From positions 17,955 to 81,954 of the forward strand of contig CAWGKH010000021.1 of the NCBI GenBank assembly GCA_963823025.1: a stretch of 64,000 nt of DNA, given 5' to 3'. Shown piece by piece: positions 28,718-38,600 of this stretch. Source of the stretch: an uncultured Planctomycetota bacterium. GTDB taxonomy: Bacteria > Planctomycetota > UBA1135 > UBA2386. A program made the position numbers and the translations under genes. The notes below the pieces were generated by a model that saw only the letters and a program-made list of their open reading frames with translations, did no database searches and was not told where the DNA came from. How positions within the stretch are numbered: the stretch's first letter is position 1; each line of letters opens with the position of its first letter.

Positions 28718-31360
28718 ATGAAGACCCGATTCCTCCTCCGAGGACTTGCCGTCCCCGCAGCGTCCCTGCTGTTCGCGTGCTCCGGCACGCAGGGAACGGG
28801 CGCGGACGAGACCGGCGGCGGCGCACCGTCCGCCACGACGTCCGAAGGCCAGACCGCCCAGCAGCCCGGCGCGACGGGCGAAGCACCGTCCGCGCAGGGC
28901 CAAGGCGACCAGGAGCCCTCCGAGTCGGTCGATCGCCAGCGCCGCGAACTGCTCGTCAAGCAGGGCCTGGAGCGCGCGCGACGCGCGATCCAGCTCAAGC
29001 TGTACGAGGACGCGCTGCACGCGTCCGCCGATGTCCTCGAACTCGACCCGAACAACGACGAAGCGCGCGGCATCTTTCTCTCGGCGGAAGAGGTTCTCGG
29101 CGACGAGGTCTCCCGCATCGCGGAGAAGACCCAGGACAAGATCTTCCGGGCCCGCATCGCGATCGAACGGGACCGCTACCGCGCCATGCAGCTCGTGCAG
29201 CAGGCCGACGCGAAGATCGACCTCGGTCGGTACGGCGACGCCATCGACGACTACGACAAGGCGCTGCTGATCCTCAAGTACAACCCGTGGCTGACCCCGG
29301 GCAACGAGCTCTCGCGCACGATCGAGGCGAAGCTGAAGTCGGCGCAGCAGGGTCAGGTGCAGGCGTTGCGCGACAACGAGGAAGCCGCGCAGGCGAAGTC
29401 GCGCGCCGATCTGGAGGAGTCGGAGCGCCAGCAGCGCCTCGAGCGTGAGGAGCGCGTGAAACGCCTGATGATGCAGGCCAACCGCGACTTCCAGCTCGGC
29501 AACTTCCGCTCTTCGATCCAGCTCCTCGACCAGGTGCTGCGCCTCGAGCCGAACAACGCCGGTGCGCTCCAGCTCCACGACCTGGCCAGCCGGGCGAATC
29601 ACGACAACAACGTCGACCTGGCGAAGCAGCGCTGGAAGCAGGAGTGGGTCAAGACGTTCGACGACCTGAACATGTCGAGCATCCCGCAGTCGGACACCGT
29701 GGTGTTCGACCTCAAGCGTTGGGCCGAGGTCAGCCAGCAGAAGCCGTTGTCGTTCACGCCACCGGAAGAGCTCGAGAGCCCCGAGGAGCGCGCGATCATG
29801 GCGTCGCTCGAGAGCACCAGCCTCGAGCACAACTTCTCGTCGGCGACCATCAACGACTGGTCGAAGTTCTACGCGAGCGTGACCGGCGTCAACTTCGTCG
29901 TCGGTCCGTCGGCGCGCGAGCTGGACGAGGCGACGACGACGCTGACCGACTTCCACCTTCCCAACATGTCGGTGAAGAAGGCGCTCAACGTCATCTCGAG
30001 CCAGACCGGCGTGAAGTGGGTCGTGCGCGATGGTGTCGTGTTGCTGGTGTCGTCCGAGACGCCGACCGGCAAGACCTATCTCTACCCCTACCCGGTCCGC
30101 GACCTCGTGCTCGGCGTGAAGAGCCACCCCGGCCCGAAGCTGAAGCTGTCCGTCCCCGGCGAGGAGTTGGATGCGTTCTTCGACGAAGAAGAGCCCGCGC
30201 CGACCGTCGTCGACGACGGTCGCCTCCAGGACCTGATCCGGAACAACATCGAGCCGACGACCTGGGATGAGGGCATCAGCACGATGAGCTACCAGGCCGG
30301 CGTGCTGCTCGTCCGCAGCACCCGGTCGGTGCACCAGAAGATCGACAAGCTCCTGACGGACCTGCGCCGCGCGGTCGGCATCCAGGTGGACGTCGAAGCC
30401 CGGTTCCTCCGCGTCGAGGACAACTTCCTCGAGGACATCGGCGTCGACTTCCGCGGTCTGGGCGACCAGTCGTCCCAAGGCATCCCGGGACGCGGCCTCG
30501 AGAAGAACAACAACAGCAACGTCCGCTTCAACGACTTCGGTCGCCCGGAGCTGATCACCCCCGCGTCCCCGGGCGAGATCGGCACCGGCACCGAGCCCGG
30601 CGTGTTCTTCGACGATGGCGGCGACGGCGACCTGCTCGCCCGCACCCAGAACCTCTACGACCACGCCCTGGGCGGCGGCCCGAACGGCATGAACAACGCC
30701 GGCGGTCTCTCGCTGCAGTACGCCTACCTCGGCGACACCGAGGTCGAGGTCATTCTCCGCGCGGTCCAGAAGCAGGAGCGGAGCGAGCAGATCGTCGCGC
30801 CGCGGCTGCTGGTGTTCAACAACACGCGCGCGCACATGCAGGCGCTGCGGGCCACGTCCTACATCGCCGACTTCGGCGTCGAGATCGCGCAGGCTGCCGC
30901 GGTGGCGAATCCGGAGATCAACGTGGTGCGCGACGGTGTCGTGCTGGACGTCCGGCCGGTGGTGTCGGCCGACCGCCGCTTCATCACGATGGAGCTACGG
31001 CCGACCGTGATGGAGCTGCTGACGCCGATCCCGACGTTCACCACGACGCTCGGCACGGGCCAGCCGGTCTCGATCCAGCTCCCGACCGTCACCCTGCAGA
31101 GCGTCCGGACGACGGTGACGATGCCCGACGGCGGCTCGATCCTCCTCGGCGGCATGAAGCTGGCCGAACGGCAGAAGCAGGAGTCGGGCGTGCCGATCCT
31201 GAAGGATCTGCCCGGCCTGTCCTTCTTCTTCAGCCGGAAGGGCAGCTACATCGCCAACCGCAAGATCATCGTGCTGATGCGCGCGCGGATCATCGTCCCC
31301 GCGGAACTGGAGCCGGACGTCCCGGCGGACGAGTACCAGACGCTGCTGCAGAACGGCTGA
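28718..31360 (+). CDS. Lipoprotein secretin 1 with N-terminal TPR/coiled-coil region
   Basis: Lipobox LLFAC; secretin motifs QVDVEARFLRV, PRLLVFNNTRA, DGVVLDVRPVVSADRRFITMELRP, TTVTMPDGGSILLGG, GVPILKDLPGLSFFF. Confidence 0.92.
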   Translation: MKTRFLLRGLAVPAASLLFACSGTQGTGADETGGGAPSATTSEGQTAQQPGATGEAPSAQGQGDQEPSESVDRQRRELLVKQGLERARRAIQLKLYEDALHASADVLELDPNNDEARGIFLSAEEVLGDEVSRIAEKTQDKIFRARIAIERDRYRAMQLVQQADAKIDLGRYGDAIDDYDKALLILKYNPWLTPGNELSRTIEAKLKSAQQGQVQALRDNEEAAQAKSRADLEESERQQRLEREERVKRLMMQANRDFQLGNFRSSIQLLDQVLRLEPNNAGALQLHDLASRANHDNNVDLAKQRWKQEWVKTFDDLNMSSIPQSDTVVFDLKRWAEVSQQKPLSFTPPEELESPEERAIMASLESTSLEHNFSSATINDWSKFYASVTGVNFVVGPSARELDEATTTLTDFHLPNMSVKKALNVISSQTGVKWVVRDGVVLLVSSETPTGKTYLYPYPVRDLVLGVKSHPGPKLKLSVPGEELDAFFDEEEPAPTVVDDGRLQDLIRNNIEPTTWDEGISTMSYQAGVLLVRSTRSVHQKIDKLLTDLRRAVGIQVDVEARFLRVEDNFLEDIGVDFRGLGDQSSQGIPGRGLEKNNNSNVRFNDFGRPELITPASPGEIGTGTEPGVFFDDGGDGDLLARTQNLYDHALGGGPNGMNNAGGLSLQYAYLGDTEVEVILRAVQKQERSEQIVAPRLLVFNNTRAHMQALRATSYIADFGVEIAQAAAVANPEINVVRDGVVLDVRPVVSADRRFITMELRPTVMELLTPIPTFTTTLGTGQPVSIQLPTVTLQSVRTTVTMPDGGSILLGGMKLAERQKQESGVPILKDLPGLSFFFSRKGSYIANRKIIVLMRARIIVPAELEPDVPADEYQTLLQNG

Positions 31361-31382
31361 CCGGCCCACGCCCGCCACACGC

Positions 31383-31409
31383 TGCCGGCGACCCGCGCGG
31401 TCGCCGGCA
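31383..31409 (+). terminator. 11-bp perfect stem hairpin after secretin 1, no U-tract
   Basis: TGCCGGCGACC-cgcgc-GGTCGCCGGCA, starting 22 bp after the stop codon. Confidence 0.5.
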
Positions 31410-31411
31410 CG

Positions 31412-31440
31412 TTGGAATTCGCTGAACCGGTCGCTAGACT
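31412..31440 (+). promoter_or_regulatory. Candidate sigma-70-type promoter TTGGAA-N17-TAGACT for the TPR-ExbBD genes
   Basis: Hexamers at 31412-31417 and 31435-31440, 17-bp spacer, intergenic. Confidence 0.55.
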
Positions 31441-31616
31441 CCGGCGTTCCCCCGCGTGATGCGATCGTCCCCTCCGATCGCCACAGCCGGCGAATGCCCC
31501 CGCCGGCCCAGTCCCCTCAGCACAGATTCGACGGCACGGACCCGGCGATGGCGTCGGAACGCGTGTCGTTCCAGACCCCTTTTTCCGCAATCCCCGAGCC
31601 AGGGGGCCCCCTCTTG

Positions 31617-34511
31617 ATGAAGCTTGGAAGGTCCGTGTTGGCGGCCGCGATCGCCGGCGCCCTCCTCACCCTGACGGCGCCGGCCGGAGCGCAGGCCTCG
31701 AAGCCGGACAAGAAGCTCGAGCGCGACATCTCCTTCGTCCGCAAGCTCGCGACCGACCTCCGCTTCATCGGGCTCGCGCAGCAGGAAGTGGAGACGCTGA
31801 AGGCCTCGCACCGCGATTCGGCGGAGTTCAAGGAGGTCTTCCAGCTCGGGATCGAGATCGCGTTGATCGGCGCCCGCTCCCACCCGAACCGTGAGGAGCA
31901 GCGCACGCTGTTCAAAGAGGCTCTCGACCAGTCGCGCGAGTTCATCGACCGGTACGGGAACGACCCGGTCGCCGACCGCGCGCGGCTGACGCTGATCGAG
32001 GCGTGCTACGAGTACGGCAACTTCCTGACCGAGGAGATCGAGATCGCCCGGCAGGAGTCCCCCGACCGGGTCGCCGACCTCGAGGAAGCCGCTCAAAAGG
32101 TGTTCCGCGACGGCATCGAGGCGAGCGACACGGTGATGTCGAAGCTCGCCACTGCGAAGGACGAGCCCGGCTCGGACGCGCAGCGCGACTACTACCGGAC
32201 GTGGCTCTACAAGGCCATCCTCCAACGCGAGATGGCCCGGGCGGTCAAGCGCGACCGCGACGCACTCGCCGCGATCTCGCGCTCCACGTTCGAAGACCTG
32301 ATCCTCGACGTCGGTGAGGAGAGCCTGCTCGGGCTCCGCGCCTGGTTCGAGATGTCGAAGATCAACGAGGTCCTCGGCAACTACGACGGCGCCTTCTCCG
32401 ACTACAAGGACACCATCGACAGCATCCAGACCGCGCTCGATGACGCGCAGCAGCTCGGCTTGCGCCGCGACGCGCAGGAGGTGCTGTTCCAACTGATGCA
32501 GGAGGCCTACGACCGCGGCACGAACGCGCTGTTCACGCAGGGCAAGATCCAGGAGACCCTGCAGTTCATCGAGAAGTTCCGCAGCGACCTCCAGAAGTAC
32601 GGCGAGGAGGGCGCCGATCCGTTCGACATCGCGAGCCCGCAGTACGGGCATCCCGTGTTCCTCACACAGGCACGCGCGATGGCGGAGTCCGGCGATCCCG
32701 AGTCCGTCGCCCGTGCGCTCGAACTCGCGCAGAAGATCAACAGCGCGCACCCGAACGACATCGTCGGCATCAAGGCGAAGAACCTGATCCGCGACATCCT
32801 CGCGGTCCAGAGCAACCTCGTCAGCGGCGCGCTCCTGTACGAGGTCGCGAAGGGCGACTACCAGAACCGCGACTACGAGCGCGCGCTGAAGGAGTTCAAG
32901 CGCGCCTACGCGGCGATGACGCCCGAGGAGAAGACCAAGGACGGCCTCGAGCTGTGGACCTCGATGGGTCGCAGCTACGGGCTGCTCAACCGCTACCTCG
33001 AGGCGACGCTCGCCGCGTCGTACGGGCTGGAGCATCACGGCGACGACGCACCGGAGGAAGCACAGGTCGCCGCCGCGGACGTGCTCGAGAAGGCATGGCC
33101 GCTCTATCGCCGCGACACCAAGAACGATGACGCACCGCCGATCGAGCAGCTCGGTCAGCAGGTGAACGACCTGCTGAAGAAGTTCGGCGGCGAGGGCAGC
33201 GAGGCGAAGGCGCTCTGGCGTGAAGGCAACCGCCTCCTGCAGGAAGGCAAGTACGCGGAGGCCGCGGCGCGCTTCAAGAAGGTGCCCGCCGACACGGCCT
33301 ACCACGAGGTCGCGCAGGGCCGCATCGTCGTCGCCCTCGAGGTCGCCGGCGACTACAAGGCCGCGCGCCAGGCGATCGAGGACTACCGCACCTGGGTGAA
33401 GTCCCCCGAGGCGCAGCTCCCCGACGACCGCCGTGATCTCGTCGACAACCGGAAGCAGACGATCGCGACGATCGAGTTCTACGACGGCTACATGGACTAC
33501 AAGGAGGCGACCGGATTCGGCGACGAGAAGAAGGCCCAGCCGACGAGGTACGAGCCGACGATCCGGAAGCTCGAAGGCTGGCTCGACAAGTACGCCGCCG
33601 ACGGCCCGAACTACGTCGGTCGCTGCTACGACATGATCTCGCGGCTCTACGCGGCGCTCGGCCAGATCGACAAGGCGGAGGAGAACTACCGCACCCTGCG
33701 CCGGCTCGAGCCGAACAGCCCGCTCGTCCCGCTGCTCGCGACCCAGGTCTTCGCATCGCACTTCGAGCAGGTGAAGCGGCTCGAGGTCGAGCTCAAGGCG
33801 CTGCGCGAGAAGGGCGCGCCGGAGAGTGAGTGGAAGCCCGTCACGCAGAAGCTCGACGACGCTCGACGCGCCGCGATCGCGAGCGGCCTCGACTACATGC
33901 ACAACGCGGCCAACCCGCAGTACGGCGTGCTGTTCAACACGATGCTCCTCGCGCACGATCTGCAGGACTGGAAGACCGTCGAGGACGTCGGCCACAAGAT
34001 CGTCGAGCTCTACGCCGACTCGAAGGATGACGGCCCGAAGGTCGAGCAATGGGTCAACCCCATGCTCGGCGAGGCGCTCCTGCGGCAGCGCCGTTTCAAG
34101 GAGGCTGTCGAGCTGCTCGAGAAGGCCGCGAAGGCCAACCCGAACAACTACCCGGTGAAGCGCTACCTCGACCTCGCGCAGGGTGGCTGGTTCGAGTTCG
34201 ACTCGGCCGGCAACCTGGTCGAGGTCGCCGGACTGGACCAGCCGATCCCCGCCTACAACCGGCACTGGAACGAGTACAAGGTCTACGCGCTCAACCCCAA
34301 CCGCGGCGTCGATCAGTTCAGCCTCGACTGGTACCAGTTCTACCTCGAGTGCTACATGTTCGCGAAGCGGGCGGCGCGCAAGGACAGCAAGTACGCCGAC
34401 TACGCGAAGTCGCTCTACAACATCGCGCGGTCCACCGACGACTTCGCCACCCTCAAGAAGAAGGGTGACGAGGGGATGCGCATCTACGGCCTCTTCAACG
34501 CGATTCGGTGA
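31617..34511 (+). CDS. Large exported TPR/alpha-solenoid protein (about 964 aa)
   Basis: Signal peptide MKLGRSVLAAAIAGALLTLTAPAGAQ; all-helical with TPR-like units (e.g. LGEALLRQRRFKEAVELLEKAAKANPNN). Confidence 0.85.
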   Translation: MKLGRSVLAAAIAGALLTLTAPAGAQASKPDKKLERDISFVRKLATDLRFIGLAQQEVETLKASHRDSAEFKEVFQLGIEIALIGARSHPNREEQRTLFKEALDQSREFIDRYGNDPVADRARLTLIEACYEYGNFLTEEIEIARQESPDRVADLEEAAQKVFRDGIEASDTVMSKLATAKDEPGSDAQRDYYRTWLYKAILQREMARAVKRDRDALAAISRSTFEDLILDVGEESLLGLRAWFEMSKINEVLGNYDGAFSDYKDTIDSIQTALDDAQQLGLRRDAQEVLFQLMQEAYDRGTNALFTQGKIQETLQFIEKFRSDLQKYGEEGADPFDIASPQYGHPVFLTQARAMAESGDPESVARALELAQKINSAHPNDIVGIKAKNLIRDILAVQSNLVSGALLYEVAKGDYQNRDYERALKEFKRAYAAMTPEEKTKDGLELWTSMGRSYGLLNRYLEATLAASYGLEHHGDDAPEEAQVAAADVLEKAWPLYRRDTKNDDAPPIEQLGQQVNDLLKKFGGEGSEAKALWREGNRLLQEGKYAEAAARFKKVPADTAYHEVAQGRIVVALEVAGDYKAARQAIEDYRTWVKSPEAQLPDDRRDLVDNRKQTIATIEFYDGYMDYKEATGFGDEKKAQPTRYEPTIRKLEGWLDKYAADGPNYVGRCYDMISRLYAALGQIDKAEENYRTLRRLEPNSPLVPLLATQVFASHFEQVKRLEVELKALREKGAPESEWKPVTQKLDDARRAAIASGLDYMHNAANPQYGVLFNTMLLAHDLQDWKTVEDVGHKIVELYADSKDDGPKVEQWVNPMLGEALLRQRRFKEAVELLEKAAKANPNNYPVKRYLDLAQGGWFEFDSAGNLVEVAGLDQPIPAYNRHWNEYKVYALNPNRGVDQFSLDWYQFYLECYMFAKRAARKDSKYADYAKSLYNIARSTDDFATLKKKGDEGMRIYGLFNAIR

Positions 34512-34522
34512 GGAGCCCTTCG

Positions 34523-35677
34523 ATGACGCGACAGCAGAGAATCCAGATGAAGAACCAGATCGCGCTGTTCCTCGTGGCGAGCGTGCTCGGCACGGCCGTC
34601 GCGACGGCTCAGGACAAGATCAACGACGTCATCCAGACGACCCAGGGCCAGCGCATCCGCGGGGTGGAGGTCACGGCGACCACCAGCAAGACGATCAGCT
34701 ACACAAAGGGCGAGGAGTCCAGCGATCTCCCCGCGACGCGGCTGCTGGACATCGTCTGGTCGGATCCGCCGGAGGAGTACGCGCTGGCGCGTGCCGCGCT
34801 CCGCAACGCTGACTTCGCGACGGCCGCCAACATGTTCACGGAGGCCGCCAACAAGACCAAGCGCGAGCCGCTCGAGGCCGAGTGTCGCTACCAGGCCGCG
34901 GCCGCGCTCGTGCGCGGTGCGGGCACCGACACCGCGAAATCGCAGGAAGCGGTGAAGAGCCTCAACGACTGGCTCGCGAAGTGGCCCGACGGCTACCGTG
35001 CGCCAGACGCACAGCTGATGCTCGGACGAGCCTACGTCGCGGCCGGCGATCCGGCGCAGGCGCAGACGACCTTCAAGAAGTTGTCGGACGACACGCTGAA
35101 GAACGGCTGGGCGCCCATCTGGAACGCTCGCGCGCGCTTCGAGCTCGCTCGCGCGCTGCTCGCGGCTGGCGACTTCGACGGGGCGCGGAACGCGTTCCGG
35201 GCCGCGTCCTCCGCGGCCGACACCGCCGCCGGCCAGGACGGGTCCTCGGAGGAGATCGTCTCGCTCCGCGCGGACGCCGCGGTCGGGATCGGCGAGACGA
35301 TGGTCCGCGAGGGCAAGTTCGAGGACGCGCTCGCCTACTTCCAGGACCTCGTCCATCAGGCCAAGAGCGACGCGATCCGCGCTGCGGCGAAGGCGGGTCA
35401 AGGCGAAGCGCTGTTCCTCAAGGCGCAGAAGGCCGGCACGGTCGACGGACTCCGCGAGGCACAGATCGCCCTTGCCGAGGCCGGCATGCTCGACAGCACC
35501 GCGGGCGAGACGACCGCGAAGGCGCTCTACTACTCGGGCGAGGTCCTGCTCGCGCTCGGCCCCGACCACGAGGCGTCGACCTACAAGCAACGCGCGGCGG
35601 ACTACTTCCAGTCGGTGGTGAAGAACTTCCCGAACACCGTCTGGGCGCCGAAGGCCGCGGAGGCGGCCCGGCAGTGA
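34523..35677 (+). CDS. Exported TPR protein (outer-membrane-assembly/CpoB-like repeats)
   Basis: Signal peptide ending ATAQ, DVIQTTQGQRIRG beta domain, TPRs, C-terminal FQSVVKNFPNTVWAPKA. Start is 34523 or 34547. Confidence 0.82.
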   Translation: MTRQQRIQMKNQIALFLVASVLGTAVATAQDKINDVIQTTQGQRIRGVEVTATTSKTISYTKGEESSDLPATRLLDIVWSDPPEEYALARAALRNADFATAANMFTEAANKTKREPLEAECRYQAAAALVRGAGTDTAKSQEAVKSLNDWLAKWPDGYRAPDAQLMLGRAYVAAGDPAQAQTTFKKLSDDTLKNGWAPIWNARARFELARALLAAGDFDGARNAFRAASSAADTAAGQDGSSEEIVSLRADAAVGIGETMVREGKFEDALAYFQDLVHQAKSDAIRAAAKAGQGEALFLKAQKAGTVDGLREAQIALAEAGMLDSTAGETTAKALYYSGEVLLALGPDHEASTYKQRAADYFQSVVKNFPNTVWAPKAAEAARQ

Positions 35678-35853
35678 AGCACACCACGAGCGCCTCGGGC
35701 ATGCGACTCGAGACCTCGGAAACCACGGTTTTCGGCGGCGAGGGGCTTTCGCTCGGCGCTGCCGTTGCGGACACTCCTCCGGCCCTGTTCGGTTCGAACC
35801 CCTCCCACGGGCACGCCCCCCGCCCGTCAACCCCTGCAAGACACAGACGGCTC

Positions 35854-36585
35854 ATGTTGCGGATCCAGAACCCCCTCCGCGCCGCTCTCCCGGCGCTGAT
35901 GCCCCTCTTCGTGGCCTCGGTCGCGTTCGCTCAGGACAAAGGCGAGGCGCCGCTGACCGCTCCGAATCCGGTCGCCGAAGCCTTCCGGAACGCCGGCGTC
36001 ATCGGCTACGTCATCGTCGGTCTGTCGATCGTCGCGGTCGCGCTGATCATCGAGAACTTCGTCGCGATCAAGCGCGACAAGCTCGCCCCGCCCGACGTCA
36101 TCGACGAGTTGGAGGCCCTGTTCGAGGAAGAGAACTTCCAGGAGGCGATGGACCTCTGTGAGAGCGAGCGCGTCTACCTGACCAACGTCGTCCAGGCCGG
36201 ACTCTCGAAGCTCGGCCACTCGTTCGACACGATCCAGCAGGCCGTGCGCGAGATGGAGGAGGAAGAGACCGTCAAGCTCTTCCAGAAGATCGGCTGGCTC
36301 AGCCTGATCGCCGCGTCGGCGCCGATGCTCGGTCTGCTCGGCACGGTGACCGGTATGTTCGTGACGTTCGGCCAGATCGCACTGGCCGGCGGCTCGGTCA
36401 GCCCGGCCCAGCTCGCCGGTGGTATCAAGCTGGCCCTCGTGACGACCATCTTCGGTCTGATCGTGGCCCTGCCGACCGGCGCGTTCTTCTTCACGTTCCG
36501 CAACAAGGTGGTGCGGACCGCGATCGAGGTCAACGCGATCGCCGAAGACCTGTTCGAGCGCTTCCGCACCGCGAACAAGGGCTGA
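35854..36585 (+). CDS. MotA/TolQ/ExbB proton-channel protein
   Basis: APMLGLLGTVTGM and GGIKLALVTTIFGLIVALP motifs; N-terminal signal-like extension ending AFAQ. Confidence 0.95.
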   Translation: MLRIQNPLRAALPALMPLFVASVAFAQDKGEAPLTAPNPVAEAFRNAGVIGYVIVGLSIVAVALIIENFVAIKRDKLAPPDVIDELEALFEEENFQEAMDLCESERVYLTNVVQAGLSKLGHSFDTIQQAVREMEEEETVKLFQKIGWLSLIAASAPMLGLLGTVTGMFVTFGQIALAGGSVSPAQLAGGIKLALVTTIFGLIVALPTGAFFFTFRNKVVRTAIEVNAIAEDLFERFRTANKG

Positions 36586-36725
36586 TGCCTGGACCCGTCG
36601 CGTCCCTTCCCCCGAACCAGCCGGCGGCGATGAACCCCCCGGTGGGTCTGATCGTTGCGTGAGGGCTCGGCCGGGCGACCCCCCCCCCGGCCGCGCCGAC
36701 ACCACCCGACACCGAGACAGACGAC

Positions 36726-37253
36726 ATGTCAACGCAGTCCGAACGAGCGCAGCAGGAAGTGGAGCTGGACATGACGCCCATGATCGACTGCGTCTTCCTG
36801 CTGATGATCTTCTTCGTGCTGGTCATCGACCTGAGCCAGAAGAACCTCGAAGACCTGATCCTGCCGAAGGCGAAGTACGCGGTGCCGGACGAGAATCCGC
36901 CCGATGTGCGCCCGATCATCAACATCACGCAGGACGGGCACATGGTCTACAAGGGCAACACCTACTACGACCCGGCCCAGAAGGACAATATCAGCGGCTT
37001 GAAACAGATGCTCGTCGAGTGGAAGCGCGACCTCCCGCTCAAGAAGGAGCCGCAGAACATCGGCGGCCACATGGTCGAGCTCGTCAACGACCCGGTCCTC
37101 GTGCGCGCCGACAAGTGGACTGAATGGCACTACGTCGGCGTGTTCATGACCGCTTGCAGCCAGCCCGAGGCCGCGTTCTGGAAGCTCGAGCTGGCGATGT
37201 CGGAGAAGGACAAGGAAGAGCAGATGCTCAGGGGGCGGGGTATCGGCAACTGA
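36726..37253 (+). CDS. ExbD/TolR family protein 1
   Basis: LDMTPMIDCVFLLMIFF with the conserved TM Asp; PVLVRADKWTEW. Confidence 0.93.
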   Translation: MSTQSERAQQEVELDMTPMIDCVFLLMIFFVLVIDLSQKNLEDLILPKAKYAVPDENPPDVRPIINITQDGHMVYKGNTYYDPAQKDNISGLKQMLVEWKRDLPLKKEPQNIGGHMVELVNDPVLVRADKWTEWHYVGVFMTACSQPEAAFWKLELAMSEKDKEEQMLRGRGIGN

Positions 37254-37272
37254 CCCGTTCCCGCCGTTCAGT

Positions 37273-37300
37273 GAGCCTCTGAGCAGGAGCCTCTGAGCAG
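37273..37300. repeat. Exact 14-bp tandem duplication (GAGCCTCTGAGCAG x2)
   Basis: Read directly between ExbD1 and ExbD2. Confidence 0.9.
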
Positions 37301-37342
37301 GCGCCCCCGACCGACGAACGAAACAGCGCGAGAGACGAATCG

Positions 37343-37873
37343 ATGGCCAGCCACCTGAAAGACGCCGAAGAGGAAGCCAAGCCGGACATGACGCCGATGA
37401 TCGACGCCGTGTTCCTGCTGATCATCTTCTTCCTGTGCATCGACTTCAAAACGCTCGAAGCGAAGCTGCCTGCGTATCTGCCGAAGGACAAGGGCTCGCA
37501 GGCGACGTCGTCGCCGCCGGTCGAGCAGCTCTCCCTCAAGATCCTCAACGACGAGTGGGGCCGGGAAGTGCCGCGCATTCCGGGCAAGGCCAAGCCGTTC
37601 GCGCTGATCGGCCACAAGGTCCACTGGCTGCTCGGCCCGAAGAAGTTCACCGAGCTGACCGAGCTCGTCGATGAGCTCGAGCGCATCGCGAGCGACCCGC
37701 GCCAGCGCGTCCCGGACGACAAGAATCCGGGCCGCATGAAGAAGAAGCCGATCGTGATCGAGCCGCAGCCAGGCGCCACCTACGGCGACGTCGCGACGAC
37801 GGTCGACGCCGTGACCAAGGCCGGCTTCGAGGAGATCAACTTCGGCGGCGGACGCGGCACGCGTCAGCAGTAG
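37343..37873 (+). CDS. ExbD/TolR family protein 2
   Basis: PDMTPMIDAVFLLIIFF; YGDVATTVDAVTKAGFEEINF. Confidence 0.93.
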   Translation: MASHLKDAEEEAKPDMTPMIDAVFLLIIFFLCIDFKTLEAKLPAYLPKDKGSQATSSPPVEQLSLKILNDEWGREVPRIPGKAKPFALIGHKVHWLLGPKKFTELTELVDELERIASDPRQRVPDDKNPGRMKKKPIVIEPQPGATYGDVATTVDAVTKAGFEEINFGGGRGTRQQ

Positions 37874-37875
37874 CC

Positions 37876-37935
37876 TGGCCGCGTCCGCGGTCGCTTGGCC
37901 GCGTCCGCGGTAGTCGGGCCGCGCCCGCGGTGAGC
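37876..37935. repeat. Three 20-bp tandem units, each with an internal palindrome CCGCG-nn-CGCGG
   Basis: tggccgcgtccgcggtcgct / tggccgcgtccgcggtagtc / gggccgcgcccgcggtgagc. Confidence 0.85.
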
Positions 37936-38069
37936 GGTCCGCGCGGCGCCCGTCGCGCGCGCGGTGCGCACGCACGACGATCCGCGGAAGGCCTCGTCGT
38001 TGAACCGGGCGCCGCTCGCCCGCGTTCTCGACGCGCCCCCATCCCGTATGGCTCGCCCGGGGACGCGCG

Positions 38070-38600
38070 ATGACGACACCGGTTTCGGCATCGGAGCACG
38101 CCGCGAAGGCCGACACCACGCCGATGATCGACGCGGTGTTCCTGCTGATCGTGTTCTTCCTCTGCCTCGACTTCCGCACGCTGGAGTCGAAACTGGCCGC
38201 CTACCTGCCTCGCGACTCGGGTGGTGGCGTCGACATGCCGCTCCCGGTGGAGCCGCTCACCGTCGCGGTCATCGTCGACGACTGGGGAACGGCGGTGCCG
38301 CGGCTCTCCGGTCGGGAGCAACCCTTCGCGCTGGTCGGTCACCGGATCCACTGGCGCCTCGGTGCGAAGCGATTCGCCGAGCTCCGGGACCTGGTCGACC
38401 AGCTCGCGCGCCTCGCGCGGGACCCGCACCAGCGCGTACCCGACCTCGCGATACCCGGCCGCAGCAAGCAGCGGCCGGTCGTCATCGAGCCCTGGCCCGG
38501 CGCCACCTATGGCGACGTCGCGACGACGGTCGACGCGGTGAGGCAGGCCGGATTCGACGAGATCCAGTTCGGCGGCGGTCGCGGCGCGCGCCAGCGGTGA
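38070..38600 (+). CDS. ExbD/TolR family protein 3 (close paralogue of protein 2)
   Basis: TPMIDAVFLLIVFF; same length (176 aa) as 37343..37873 and shares PGATYGDVATTVDAV and FGGGRG with it. Confidence 0.92.
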   Translation: MTTPVSASEHAAKADTTPMIDAVFLLIVFFLCLDFRTLESKLAAYLPRDSGGGVDMPLPVEPLTVAVIVDDWGTAVPRLSGREQPFALVGHRIHWRLGAKRFAELRDLVDQLARLARDPHQRVPDLAIPGRSKQRPVVIEPWPGATYGDVATTVDAVRQAGFDEIQFGGGRGARQR

